DNA of 28,811 bases, taken from Octopus sinensis (Eukaryota). The notes under the pieces were generated by a model, which was given only the letters and a program-made list of their open reading frames with translations, was not told the DNA's origin and made no database searches. Location of the stretch: positions 1 to 28,811 of the forward strand of contig NW_021833195.1 of the NCBI RefSeq assembly GCF_006345805.1, read 5' to 3'. The position numbers and the translations under genes were made by a program. Position 1 is the first letter of the stretch, and each line of letters begins with the position of its first letter. Positions 1 to 11,645 of the stretch are shown in pieces.

Positions 1-116
1 CACTACTACTACTACTACTACTACTATTACTACTACTACTACTACTACTATTACTACTACTACTACTACCACTACTACTACTACTACCACTACCACTACT
101 ACCACTACTGCGACTA
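1..116. repeat. (CTA)n/(CCA)n microsatellite
   Basis: Read directly. Confidence 0.95.
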
Positions 117-977
117 CATTAAACAGTACTCCTACAACTGCAACAACAACAATATTACTACCACTATATCATCATGGTTTCCATCTTTCTTGTTTTAATC
201 AAAAATTCAGACCTAGGGAATCAAAGTCCCCCACTAAGAAGATCTATTCCAGCAGTGACCTTCACAACTTCGCCTTTACTACATCACGGTGCATCTTGAA
301 ATACATTATTTCCTTCCTACGTTTCTCTTCCAAACACTACGACGTAGATCGAAGTTGAGTTGTCTATTACTTCTCGACTACAAGCAACATACAGTGTCTA
401 AACAAGATTAAACTTACTTATAAATTATGAATGATAGCCGTTGATTAAGACGTACACTTTTTCTTAATAACATAAGAAGCTATAAGCTAAAACTAATTTG
501 ATCCATTATCAAATTTCAGCGTATCTTTGTCAACGTCTAGCTTAGTATGACACGTCCTTCATCTGATAAAATATTTCAAATCCATTTTGAAGTGTAAAAT
601 GTTCAATCACTTCAGTCCGAGTAGTTTGATAATATATATTTCTATAGCGCTTAGAGCAGATTTGGCTTGAAACGGCGCTCTTTTATGAAATAATCTGTCA
701 TCTATATTCAAATAAAGCAAAGCAGACGACATTTATACCGGCAATGTCGAAATGATTGAATATGAATTTTACCTGCTTATATTAGGAAAATGTCAAACGT
801 GTTTGCTTGTACCATATTGATATTAGCAATATTTTACTCACCTCGTCCTGAAAGCATTTATTAGTCATGGATTATATCATATTAAAAATATATAAGTTGT
901 ACATATATATATATATATATATAAATATACCACTTCCACCTGCCTTCGTCTTTTGTTTATTTTCATAAAGATCCCGT

Positions 978-1020
978 TATATATATATATATATATATAT
1001 CATATATATACACATATATT

Positions 1021-1098
<78 letters not shown>

Positions 1099-1136
1099 TG
1101 TACATACATATATATATACATATATATATATACATT

Positions 1137-1204
<68 letters not shown>
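978..1204. repeat. (TA)n microsatellite
   Basis: Read directly. Confidence 0.95.
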
Positions 1205-1208
<4 letters not shown>

Positions 1209-1214
1209 TTTATA

Positions 1215-1292
1215 GGCGTCGGAATGTCTGTGTGGTAAGTCGCTTGCTTACAAACCACTTGGTTCCGGGTTCAGTCACACTGCGTGGCACCT
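1215..1292 (+). mobile_element. SINE family A, isolated tRNA-like head
   Basis: TGTGTGGTAAGTCGCTTGCTTA..GGTTCCGGGTTCAGTCACACTGCGTGGCAC matches 20396-20458. Confidence 0.75.
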
Positions 1293-1586
1293 GTGGTGGA
1301 GCAGCGTATTCTACCATAAATAATGTAATATTATACATAATTCCTCATCTCTTAAATATAGAAATGAATTATTTCATCGATGACAAAAAAAAGAAATGAA
1401 AAAATATCAAAACTGAACACTTTAGCGATTAACAATAAAGGACCGAACAAGTGCGTGTGTTTATTATTACCGGCGTAATGCTCCTCCGAAGGTTCAATAT
1501 ATATATATATATATATATATGTATAAGAGACAGACAGGGAGGCAGTTAGAGAAACGGCAGATGAACAGACAGTCAGACAGTCAGAC

Positions 1587-1676
<90 letters not shown>
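1587..1676. repeat. (GATA)n microsatellite
   Basis: Read directly. Confidence 0.95.
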
Positions 1677-1787
1677 CCTTTACTGGATCGATAAAGTAAA
1701 GTACCATTTTACACTGTAGTCGATTCACACACAAATACAATCATATAGATAAATTAATTCTAAAATTTCGCATTAATTCTAACATTT

Positions 1788-1930
1788 CGCTCTGATTTCA
1801 AATGCTGCCGAGGTTGAATTTGCCCTTCATCCATTCGGGGTCGATATAATAAGTACCAGTTGTGCATTGGGACTGGTGGAACCTGCCCCACACCGGAATT
1901 GCTATCCATGTGCCAAAATTAGAAACCATT
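1788..1930 (+). mobile_element. SINE family B variant with an alternative 3' end (GTGCCAAAATTAGAAAC)
   Basis: B-box remnant and CTTCATCCATTCGGGGTCGATATAATAAGTACCAGTT core, followed by a different tail also seen near 3724 and 10690. Confidence 0.65.
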
Positions 1931-2026
1931 GTTAACTTATCTCTATATATATACCGTGATCCAATATCAAAATATTTATATACACGCACATATATACATA
2001 CATACATACATGCATACACGTAGATA

Positions 2027-2101
2027 TATTTATTTATAGCCCACAGGGGGCTAAACATAGAGGGGATACTTGAACTCAGAACGTAGCGGCAGACGAAATA
2101 C
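2027..2101 (-). mobile_element. SINE family B, internally deleted copy
   Basis: Tail (CCCACAGGGGGCTAAACATAGAGGGGA) is fused directly to a head segment (TTGAACTCAGAACGTAGCGGCAGACGAAATAC). Confidence 0.7.
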
Positions 2102-2102
2102 A

Positions 2103-2324
2103 TATTTCTTTACTACTCACAATGAACTAAACACAGAGATGACAAACAAGGACAGACATGCGGATTAAGTCTATTATATCGACCCCGGCGCGTAACTGGT
2201 ACTTATTTAATTGACACCGAAATAATGAAAGGATAAGTCGACCTCGGCGTAATTTGAACTCAGAACGTAGCGGCAGACGAAATACTGCTAAGCATTTCGC
2301 CTGGCGTGGTAACGTTTCTGCCAG
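2103..2324 (-). mobile_element. SINE family B, near full length
   Basis: Collinear with 19337-19557. Confidence 0.85.
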
Positions 2325-2325
<1 letters not shown>

Positions 2326-2371
<46 letters not shown>

Positions 2372-2392
2372 GAGGGATAGATAGATAGATAT

Positions 2393-2433
<41 letters not shown>

Positions 2434-2441
2434 GAGGGATT

Positions 2442-2519
<78 letters not shown>

Positions 2520-2520
2520 C
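2326..2520. repeat. (GATA)n microsatellite
   Basis: Read directly. Confidence 0.95.
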
Positions 2521-3294
2521 AGACTACAGACAGGCAGACAACTAGAAGACAAAACGTGACCGGCTTTTATGCACCATTGCAAAAATTATTTTCACTGCTG
2601 TGTTTGCAGTACAAAAAGCACTTAAATGAATTAATTCTGCCATAATTTAATATAACTGATTGTGAGATTAGGCCATTCGTCTTGAATTACTTAACTCGTT
2701 AGTCCCTGTTTGGCTTTGCTGACATGGATAATGGTTGATACGTGTAGTAGATGTTGCAGCCGACGACGGCGGCCGGTGGCGATAGCGTGTTTTGTGTGAG
2801 AGAAAGCCATAAACCTTTAATATAGAAGTATTTCAAGAAATTAATCTCAATAACTAGTTGCATTAACCAGTCTACTGTTTACATTATCTTGTTGATTTTC
2901 CACGTTCCTGAGATGAGAGTTGATCAATCAAGCAAATTAACATTGGTTTGTCGTGAGTGGATTGGCGATACTGGCATATGCTTCCAATAAAATAAATTAT
3001 GCAGGTCATTATTATTATTGTGGTTGCTGCTGTAGTTTCCCTGTTTGTTGTTGTTGTTGTTGTTGTTATTGTTTGATGTAGACGTGCTCCAATTAGCTCA
3101 ATAGAGAAATTAGATTTATAGTAGACACGGATTTTAATGGAATAAATTTACTTCGAATAATTTCACTGCGATGCAAAACTTTGGAAATAGTTCTCCAGTT
3201 TCTGGTCTCTTCGATTTCGTTTTAGACTGGAAAAATAAGTTTAGAATTCCTGCCTATCTTCTGCTTTTGCGTTTATATCGATTCCGCATTACAT

Positions 3295-3375
3295 ATCGAT
3301 CCCGAAAGGAATAAAAGGTACATTCGACGTCAGTGGAATTCGAACGCAGAACGTAACACCGGAAGATATGCCGCT
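3295..3375 (-). mobile_element. SINE family B fragment, diverged
   Basis: ATCGATCCCGAAAGGA..GGAATTCGAACGCAGAACGTAA matches 19444-19505. Confidence 0.6.
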
Positions 3376-3526
3376 TGTATTTGTATGAATTTTGTTTTCC
3401 CATTTTTCTAAGAAGTTCCTTGCGCTAAGCAGAGATAAGGTGTGGTGAAACCAACAGAAACAACAAGAAACTCCCCGCAAAAATGATATGGGAGAATACT
3501 TCCATATATAGAGTTTAAGAAAAATA

Positions 3527-3667
3527 TTTATTTCTTTATTGCTCACGGGGGGGGCTAAACATAGAGAGGACAAACAAAGGGATGAGGACAAGGGATTAAA
3601 ACGATTACATCGAACCCAGTGCGCAACTGGTACTTATTTAATTGACCCCGAAAGGATGACAGGCAAG
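3527..3667 (-). mobile_element. SINE family B, 3' two-thirds
   Basis: TATTTCTTTATTGC..GGGGCTAAACATAGAGAGGACAAACAA..GACCCCGAAAGGATGA matches 19337-19468. Confidence 0.8.
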
Positions 3668-3841
3668 TACCAGTTGTGCATTGGGGTTGATGGAATCAGT
3701 ATACCCCTCCTATTGTTGTCCATGTGCCAAAATTAGAAACCATTGTTAACTTATCTCTATATACATCTTGATCTCAAATCAAACATGTATATACATGCAC
3801 AAACATACACGCACATATATACATACATACATACATACACG

Positions 3842-3907
<66 letters not shown>

Positions 3908-3925
3908 TAGATAGATAGATAGATA
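3842..3925. repeat. (GATA)n microsatellite
   Basis: Read directly. Confidence 0.95.
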
Positions 3926-4076
3926 TGTTTCTTTATTAGCCACACAGGCCTGCACACATACGGGACAAATTACAAAGTAGAGCTTTTCTTTTGGGGGATA
4001 AAAAAGGGGGTTTGGTTTTCGATCAAAAGGGATCGTAAAAGGAAAGGAAGAGGAAAGCAAAAAAGAAAAAGCAAAG
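3926..4076 (-). mobile_element. Retroelement 3' end sharing its terminus with SINE family B
   Basis: TTTCTTTATTAGCCACACAGG..GGGACAAA resembles the family B terminus (TTTCTTTATTACCCACAAGGGG..AGGACAAA), but the interior is unrelated. Confidence 0.4.
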
Positions 4077-5343
4077 ATAGATAGATAGAAAGATAGATTC
4101 ATAGATATACAGATAGATAAATATCTCAAAGAATTCTACTCGTGACATTTGAACTTCGAAACGTACAAAAGAAAAGCTAGTTGGTTGGCATTGAGATCGA
4201 AGTGCGTTGCGAACTCACACACTGCTCAGAGAGCGAACATAAATTAACGAATGACCGCTTGTTTTGATCTTGAGAAATCTATACGCGTAAAAGGCAGCGT
4301 TAAAAAGAAAAAAAAAACAGAGAACATCTAAATCCAGTACAGTCGATTGGATTCTAGAAATTAAAAAAACAAAAGCTGCTTACCTCTCATCGAGATTAAA
4401 GCTAGAAAGTTAAAAAAAAACCAAAAAAACATTAGATGAAAGCAAATCCACGCAAGTTAGTTTCTTTTGCTATTTACGATCTATGAGAGAACGCGAAGAT
4501 AGTTCCTTAGTTTTGAAAACAGACATTGGAGAAGAAAGAAGTGAAAATGTCTATTTAACATATCATGCGATAAAAATCAGATGTTGTTTTGTTCGATATT
4601 TCTCAGATATCACTTGATTAAATCCGGATATCCTTTTCTTTTAAACAACAGTATTTTCTAAATGTGGAAACTATGCCTATATATATTTATTTTATTTTTT
4701 TATTTTCGTTCGTTTATTTATTTATTTATTTATCTATTGACTCCTTTTCTTCAGGATATTGTATGGAAACAACAAACACGAATGAACTGTTAACCCTTGC
4801 TGTTCACACAGGTTTTACCTTTCTTCCAGCCATGAATTTTGTACAATTTTGTTAACATCCAGTGAAAAGAAACGAAACCAACCCCCTCAGTGTGTGTTTA
4901 CTCTTTGACCTTGTTCTCTGCAACGGTAATATATGATCTGCAAAGTAAACTGAATCACCCAAATGCTTACTGTTTTGCATTAACTTTATACAAACGCACT
5001 TATAACTGAAAATTCAATTTCTGTCAGTATATTTTGTACAAGGAGCTTAGATTTGATTTAAACTACTGGAAGTCGAAATTTGGATTCAGTTCGAAGATAA
5101 AGTAATACCATTTCATCTGTGTGTTCAAAAGTAGTTCTTATAGAAGTTGTTAGATGTGTAAAATGGTATACTAAATATTCGGGAAAGGAGGAATATATTA
5201 TGGGCAAAATAAAAAGAATCGCCAAAGTTTCCTGCACGAACAAGTACTTACTATGCGTTATGTGACATGAGATTACGTGGCGCTGCTCGTTGTAAACTTT
5301 AGACATCTTAAGTCAGAAGGTCAATCAGCCATTCTCACGCAAA

Positions 5344-5385
5344 AACATACGCATACACAGACACACGCTCACACACACACACACA

Positions 5386-5417
<32 letters not shown>

Positions 5418-5797
5418 GAGAGGCACACTAACACACTTCTCTCTCTGATACACATCACAGTCAGTCTCACACGCACACACATTGATAATCCCACTCTCCC
5501 TCTTTCTCTACCTCACTGACACACACACACCTCCTCGCTTCACACACACCCTCTCTCTCACAACACTCTCTCTCTCTCACATGCACACTCACACACTTCT
5601 CTTTCTCTGTCTGTCTGATATACACACACACGGTCACTCTCACACGCACACACATTCATACTTCCTCTCTCACTATCTCTGACACACACACACACACGCA
5701 TACTTCCTCTCCTCACACACACACTCTCTCCTTCACACGCTCTCTCTCTTTCCCTCCTCTCTCTCTCTCCCTCTCTCTTTCTTACGCACACACACAC
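5344..5797. repeat. Compound (CA)n/(CT)n tract
   Basis: Read directly. Confidence 0.9.
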
Positions 5798-5818
5798 TTA
5801 TATATTCTCTATTACCTC

Positions 5819-5957
5819 CAGTCATTAGAGTGGCGCCATGCAAGGGGAGTACCTTGAAGGGTTTAGCTGAACAAATCAAACCCTGTACTTATTACTGATG
5901 CCTCGTACGTATTCTATCGAACACATAAGAGGAAGAACTAAGTTAAGGGGTCATAAC
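5819..5957 (-). mobile_element. Family A-related SINE tail, strongly diverged
   Basis: CAGTCATT..GCCATGC..TTTAG..CAAATCAA..ACTTATT..TTCTATCG..CTAAGTTA.GGG follows the order seen in 7931-8045. Confidence 0.5.
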
Positions 5958-6021
5958 TTACCCCACTTCTATCACTCTTGTCCCCCCCATCAGACCCACA
6001 TACATACATCTACATATATAT

Positions 6022-6175
6022 GTGTGTGATGAAAAGCTTGATTCCAAACTGCATGGTTCCGGGTCTAGTCTCACGGTGTGGCACCATAGGCAAGTGTCTT
6101 CCACTATTGTCTCAAGCCTATCAAAGCCCTGTGAGTGGATTTGAAAGACGGAAACTGAAGGAAGCCCATCATATA
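6022..6175 (+). mobile_element. SINE family A, diverged 5' half
   Basis: CATGGTTCCGGGT..GGCAAGTGTCTT..GTGAGTGGATTTG..GACGGAAACTGAA matches 20425-20540. Confidence 0.75.
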
Positions 6176-6467
6176 CAAACATGGCTCCAGGAGCAATAAC
6201 ACATTGCAAAATTCAGTAAGAACACTATACCACTGTACCTATGTATCTCTAACGTCTTTTTAGCTTTTTTCTTATTTTCAGCTACCGACAAGTATTTTTG
6301 ACAACTCTGTATGTGTGTATGTATATATATATATATATATATATAGATATATATATATATATATATATATTAATAGATAAAACATATGCATATATATATA
6401 TATATATATAATATATATATACATACATACATGTACGTACCTACCTCTACATGTATATATACACGCA

Positions 6468-6922
6468 TATATGAGTACAGGACACCAGAAAAACGTCGAA
6501 CAGGAGAAACGAAAACATAGACACAAACCCAAGGAACTGGACATTTTTCTTAACAACAAAAAATAGAGTACAGGACAAATAACACAAGGAAAAAAACCCT
6601 TCTTCAGTCGCCATGGTTTCAGCTACTCTACGTTTCGAAGGTGAAGGCGAGACGTATCATCGATAGAAACTTTCCTTCCTGCGAAAAGCAAATCAAATAA
6701 AATTTGAGATCTTTTTGCAGAGGGGTAAAAATGGTAACAAAAACAGGACAGTAACGACAGTACAAAATATAAGCAGTAAAAGACAGGACAAGGAAAATAA
6801 CAAGACAAGAAGGGCTGTTAAGCCGAACGAGAAAAAGTATTACGAACGCTATTTTTGAGAACGGCGAAGGAGCAACAGAAAATGACGTCTACACTTCAAG
6901 GTAGTCAGGCCAGAAAGACAGG

Positions 6923-6925
<3 letters not shown>
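6468..6925 (-). mobile_element. Probable Penelope-like terminal-repeat fragment
   Basis: Strongly A-skewed; internal repeat GAGTACAGGACA (~6473 and ~6566); hammerhead-like boxes at 6601-6607 and 6632-6636. The assignment is inferential. Confidence 0.35.
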
Positions 6926-6956
<31 letters not shown>

Positions 6957-6987
6957 TTTGTGTGTGTGTGTGTGTTTGTGAGTGTGT

Positions 6988-7297
6988 GGAGGCGCAATGG
7001 CCTAGTGGTTAGGGCAGCGGACTCGCGGTCGTAGGATCACGATTTCGATTCCCAGACCGGGCGTTGTGAGTGTTTATTGAGCGAAAACACCTAAAAGCTC
7101 CACGAGGCTCCGGCAGGGGATGGTGGTGATCCCTGCAGTACTCTTTCACCACAACTTTCTCTTACTCTTTCTTCTGTTGGCCTGCTCGCTTAGCCAGCGG
7201 GGGGGGGTCATTTGAAGGCTAAAACAATGCGAAGCGCATTGTGACCAGCGATGTGTAGCAACATCTGATAGCCTAGTCAGTCACGTGATCACGTGAT
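6988..7297 (+). mobile_element. SINE family C, tail type 1
   Basis: A box TGGCCTAGTGG, B-box-like TTTCGATTCC; the first ~180 bp are nearly identical to 26146-26325; ends in (TCACGTGA)2. Confidence 0.85.
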
Positions 7298-7332
7298 ATA
7301 TATATATATATACACATATATATACATATATA

Positions 7333-7496
7333 CGACTAGCTTCTTTCAGTTTCCATCTACCGAATCCACTCACAAGGCTTTGGTCGGCCCGAGGCTATAG
7401 TAGAAGACACTTTACCAAGTTGACACGCAGTTGGACTGAACCCGGAACCATTTGCTTGGTAAACAGGCTACTTACCACACAGCCACCCCTGCGCCT
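7333..7496 (-). mobile_element. SINE family A, 5' half
   Basis: Closely matches 8155-8315 (CACAAGGCTTTGGTCGGCCCGAGGCTATAGTAGAAGACAC). Confidence 0.85.
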
Positions 7497-7604
7497 ATGT
7501 ATATAAACACACATGTATATAAACACACCAGACACCCATGTATGTATATATATGTGTGTGTATAGTGAACTCCACTCAGCTGGTAAAAATGAGTAGAGTT
7601 TTTT

Positions 7605-7743
7605 ATTTTAAAGAGCCACCCTTGTCAAACATTTGTACCACGTTAGCCCTTCCTGAGAATTACGTTAAGGATACGCGTATCTATGGAGTGCTCAGCCACT
7701 TGCTCGTTAATTTTACGAGCTGTCTGTGTGTTCTGCTCATCAA
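7605..7743 (+). mobile_element. Fragment of family C tail type 2
   Basis: GAGAATTACGTTAAGG..TGGAGTGCTCAGCCACTT..CGTTAATTT.ACGAGC matches 26348-26486. Confidence 0.75.
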
Positions 7744-7903
7744 AATAACATATGTAAACATACATCTATGTATGCGCTAGCATGATTGCTTATACATAAG
7801 ATATACACTACGTAAAATTGCGATTTAGCTCTAAAAGCCCCTGGTCAGTAAATTTTGCAAGTGTTTTCCACTTATAGCCCCTTTCAAAGAACTAAAACGA
7901 AGT

Positions 7904-8315
7904 CTCTCTTTTACTCTCTTTTACTTCTTTTAGTCATTTTACTGCGGCCATGCTGGAGCACCGCCTTTAGTCGTTCAAATCAACTCTAGGACTTATTCTT
8001 TCTATCGGTCTTTTTTTACCGAACCGCTAAGTTACGGGGACGTAAACACACCACCATCGGTTGTCAAGCGATGTTGGGGGGACAAACACAGACTCACAAA
8101 TATATACACACACATACACACACATATATATATATATATATATGCATATATATGACGGGCTTCCTTCAGTTTCCGTCTACCAAATCCACTCACAAGGCTT
8201 TGGTCGGCCCGAGGCTATAGTAGAAGACACTTGCCCAAGGTGCCACGCAGTGGGACTGAACCCGGAACCACGTGTTTCGTAAGCAAGCTACTTACTACAC
8301 AGCCCCTCCTACGCC
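7904..8315 (-). mobile_element. SINE family A, full length with small internal deletion
   Basis: Reverse complement aligns along its length to 20389-20800; ~20 bp are missing near 8000 between ACTTATTCT-like repeats. Confidence 0.85.
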
Positions 8316-8704
8316 ATTTTAAACACATTTCATTTTTCCAGTTCTGAAAGTAGACGCCCATTCGTATTTAACACTTGCTTTTGCTAATGCAAAAGCGATA
8401 CACAGTATACTAAAGTCGGTGTGTGGGAAAACAGCGATGGCAATAGAAATTAATATTCTCTTCATTTGACAAACATTTTTCAGACTCATGATTTCTGCCA
8501 GAGACGAAACCATAAGTGGCTGTGAGACATTGGTAATCGAATAAGCACAATAATATAATATGGCATATTTTATGACACAAACAAACGGACAGGAACATGT
8601 CTACATATATATGTATAAATTTATATACACACACACGTATATATATACACACATATATCTATATATTATATGTATATATACATAATACTATATATTATAT
8701 ATAT

Positions 8705-8738
8705 ACAGACATATTGTATGTATTAAGGATGGAGATGT

Positions 8739-8771
<33 letters not shown>

Positions 8772-8885
8772 ATATATATACATATATATATATACATATA
8801 CATATATATATGTACACAAACACATGTATGTATTGAGGATGAAGATATATATACATATAAATATACACACATGTATGTATTAGGA

Positions 8886-8923
<38 letters not shown>

Positions 8924-8945
8924 CACAAGTATGTATTAAGGATGA

Positions 8946-8970
<25 letters not shown>
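8705..8970. repeat. Minisatellite: four copies of an ACACATGTATGTATTAAGGATGAA-like core separated by (TA)n
   Basis: Core variants at ~8712, ~8820, ~8867 and ~8923. Confidence 0.85.
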
Positions 8971-8976
<6 letters not shown>

Positions 8977-10041
8977 GTTATATATATATAAATATGTATA
9001 TTGACACACATATTGATTTCTCTTCGGTTGGCTCAATATCAATCTATTTCTATTGGCAATATACATGCTTCAGAGAATCTACACCGTTATACTGCAGTAG
9101 TACATTGTTGTTGCCCAGTTCTTTCCACATCGGCACTAAACAGAACAGAGAAAAGAGAAACATACACGCATAAATAGCATCGTTTATATTCCAGAAGGCA
9201 AGCTCAGGGATTGTTTACTGTCTGTGTCATCTATAAACCGCTGAAGCCCGCCGCTGCTACTTAATACCATATTGATTTATGACTGTTGTTTTATGTTATG
9301 TATTTGAAGACTGGATGCTTGTGAAATGGTCAAATACCGCATCGAATAATAGCTTTCAATTAGAAATATTCGAAACCTCTCCAACGTAAGCCATTCGCCA
9401 TCGCTATCGTTTCTGTTTGTTGTGATGTCGTGTCACGTCAATGCTTATTACCGTTAAACTTTCTGGCTCAGTGCGGTCTTGAATTTCGTACAAATTACAA
9501 ACAAGCGTTAATGACGAAGCTGCTTCCATGTGATTCGTGAACCTGCTAGTAAGAATAGTTAAATCCCTTACACAATTCACAGATTATTTTTGTAAACGCG
9601 AGGTATACGTTACATGATGTAGGTACTGAGATTGCCACAGAATGTCGGAGTTGCCGCTGTGAAGCAACACTTAACCCAAGGCCACGTGGTTCGGAGACAA
9701 GCTTCTCTTCTTAACCACAGCTATACCCACACACATGTATACACACACACAAAAACACACACACACATATATATACCAATTATATACGTTTTTATTATTT
9801 TTTTGCAATTTCCTTAATCCTTGACATTTTATTGTTATTTTGATTTTAATATTTCTATTATATGTAATTTTCTAGATGGTCTAATTTAATTGTTCATTTT
9901 GAATTGATAAAAGGTGTTTTTTTCTAATTTTTTATATATATATTATATTGTGTGAAATTTGATTTAGTATTTCTAAATTGAATTTGTTTCCTTGTAAGAT
10001 TGGATTTTATTCCCTCAAATAATAACTATTTTATATATATA

Positions 10042-10080
<39 letters not shown>

Positions 10081-10348
10081 TATATATATATATTATATAT
10101 ATATATATATACATATATGTATATGCATATATACATACATACATATATATATACATATATATATATACATATATATATATGCAACAAAATGACCAGGGGA
10201 GTAATAGTTTTGAGTTTCAGTGGGATTACAAGTTCGCGTGGGATCCCCGCTCGCCTGCATTGACGAGGGATGCGGTGAGTGCGTTGGGCGATGCCAGTTA
10301 AATCCATTCCGGGTAAACGCCGCTGAAAGTAAGAGTAACGTGATGAAC

Positions 10349-10723
10349 AATACCAATATCAATAACTGTATGTAAAATGGGTTGGCCCTAATCGGTCTCT
10401 CATTGTGCTAGAAAAAGCACTTAATAGAACTGGAGATATTAAAGAATTCGGTTAATCCAGCCTACCATTATCAGCGTTGTATATGATATTTGGCGTCGGG
10501 ATGTCGCTGACCAAGCAGAATGGTTTCTGTATCGAACACAATACTGGGTAGCATTTCTTCCAACACATTACCCCCTTAATTCTAATCCCGCTGCTATCAT
10601 ATTTGCCTTTCATCATTTGGTGTTGCTAAAATAATTACCAGTTGAGCAGTGTATTCCACAATCGCCATCCCCTCAAATTCGCTTGTCTTGTGCCAAAATT
10701 AGAAAGAATTATGTATGTTACTG
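10349..10723 (+). repeat. Local direct duplication, copy 1 (~370 bp)
   Basis: Aligns end to end with 11162-11526. Confidence 0.95.
10505..10710 (+). mobile_element. Old family B-variant SINE (duplicated at ~11318-11514)
   Basis: GCAGAATGGTT head remnant, TTTGCCTTTCATC..TAAAATAATTACCAGTTGAGCA core and GTGCCAAAATTAGAAAG tail. Confidence 0.5.
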
Positions 10724-11161
10724 TTATTCTCTTGCAAGTAGTTTCTGAGAGAATAATTAATGTCCAACAAATTTCATTACTGTATTTTTCCGGTTGTCTA
10801 CGTTCCCAGGCCCAATCCTGCCTGGTGCTTTGAATTTTGTCTTTCATGTTTCCGAGGTCGACACTGTACAATATTGTCTTTGGGCGAGATACTCACTCCT
10901 AGCATTGGAATGAGTACTCATTCCGTACTCAGTTGCCATACGAGTACTTCGTTTTCCCAAGAAAAAAATCGCAGCTGTATGGGTAGCAGGTAATTGTTGC
11001 ATGGCAACTGTCATTGTGTATTAAAAAGAAAAGTAGTTTCTTGAGCAAGAATTTGAACAGAGATATTTATGGTGCACCGACATAAATACGTTTGGCCGAC
11101 AGACATTTCAAGTCCGCCTGTTAAAGTTCTCATCACCTGCAGATTTTCAAATCAGGTACTT

Positions 11162-11526
11162 AATACCAATATCAATAACTGTATGTAAAATAGGTTGGCC
11201 CCAAATCGGTCTCTCATTGTGCTAGAAAAAGCAATTAATAGAACTGGAAATATTGAAGAATTCGGTTAATCCAGCCTACCATTATCAGCGTTATATATTA
11301 TATTTGGCGTCGGAATGTCGCTGACCAAGCAGAATGGTTTCTGTATCAAACACAATACAAGGCAGCACTTTTTCCAACACATTACCCCCTTAATTCTAAT
11401 CCCGCTGCTATCATATTTGCCTTTCATCCATTTGGTGTTGCTAAAATAATTACCAGTTGAGCAGTGTATTCCACAATCGCCATGCCCTCAAATTCGCCAA
11501 AATTAGAAAGAATTATGTATTTACTG
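11162..11526 (+). repeat. Local direct duplication, copy 2
   Basis: Aligns with 10349-10723; lacks ~11 bp near 11496. Confidence 0.95.
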
Positions 11527-11645
11527 GTACTATGACGTCGATATGTTCTACATCACAGCTCACGTTTCATACATTAAAAACATTGGTGATACGAACTTTA
11601 CTGGAATTGGAACAATGTTTTACAGGTTTTATTCCTCGAACTGGT

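Noticed and set aside
8485-8527. CTCATGA..GAAAC hammerhead-like motif
   Set aside because: Core G is replaced, U16.1 is absent and there is no helix I.
8705-8970. CRISPR-like repeat-spacer array
   Set aside because: Spacers are (TA)n, repeats are degenerate, the context is eukaryotic and there are no cas genes.
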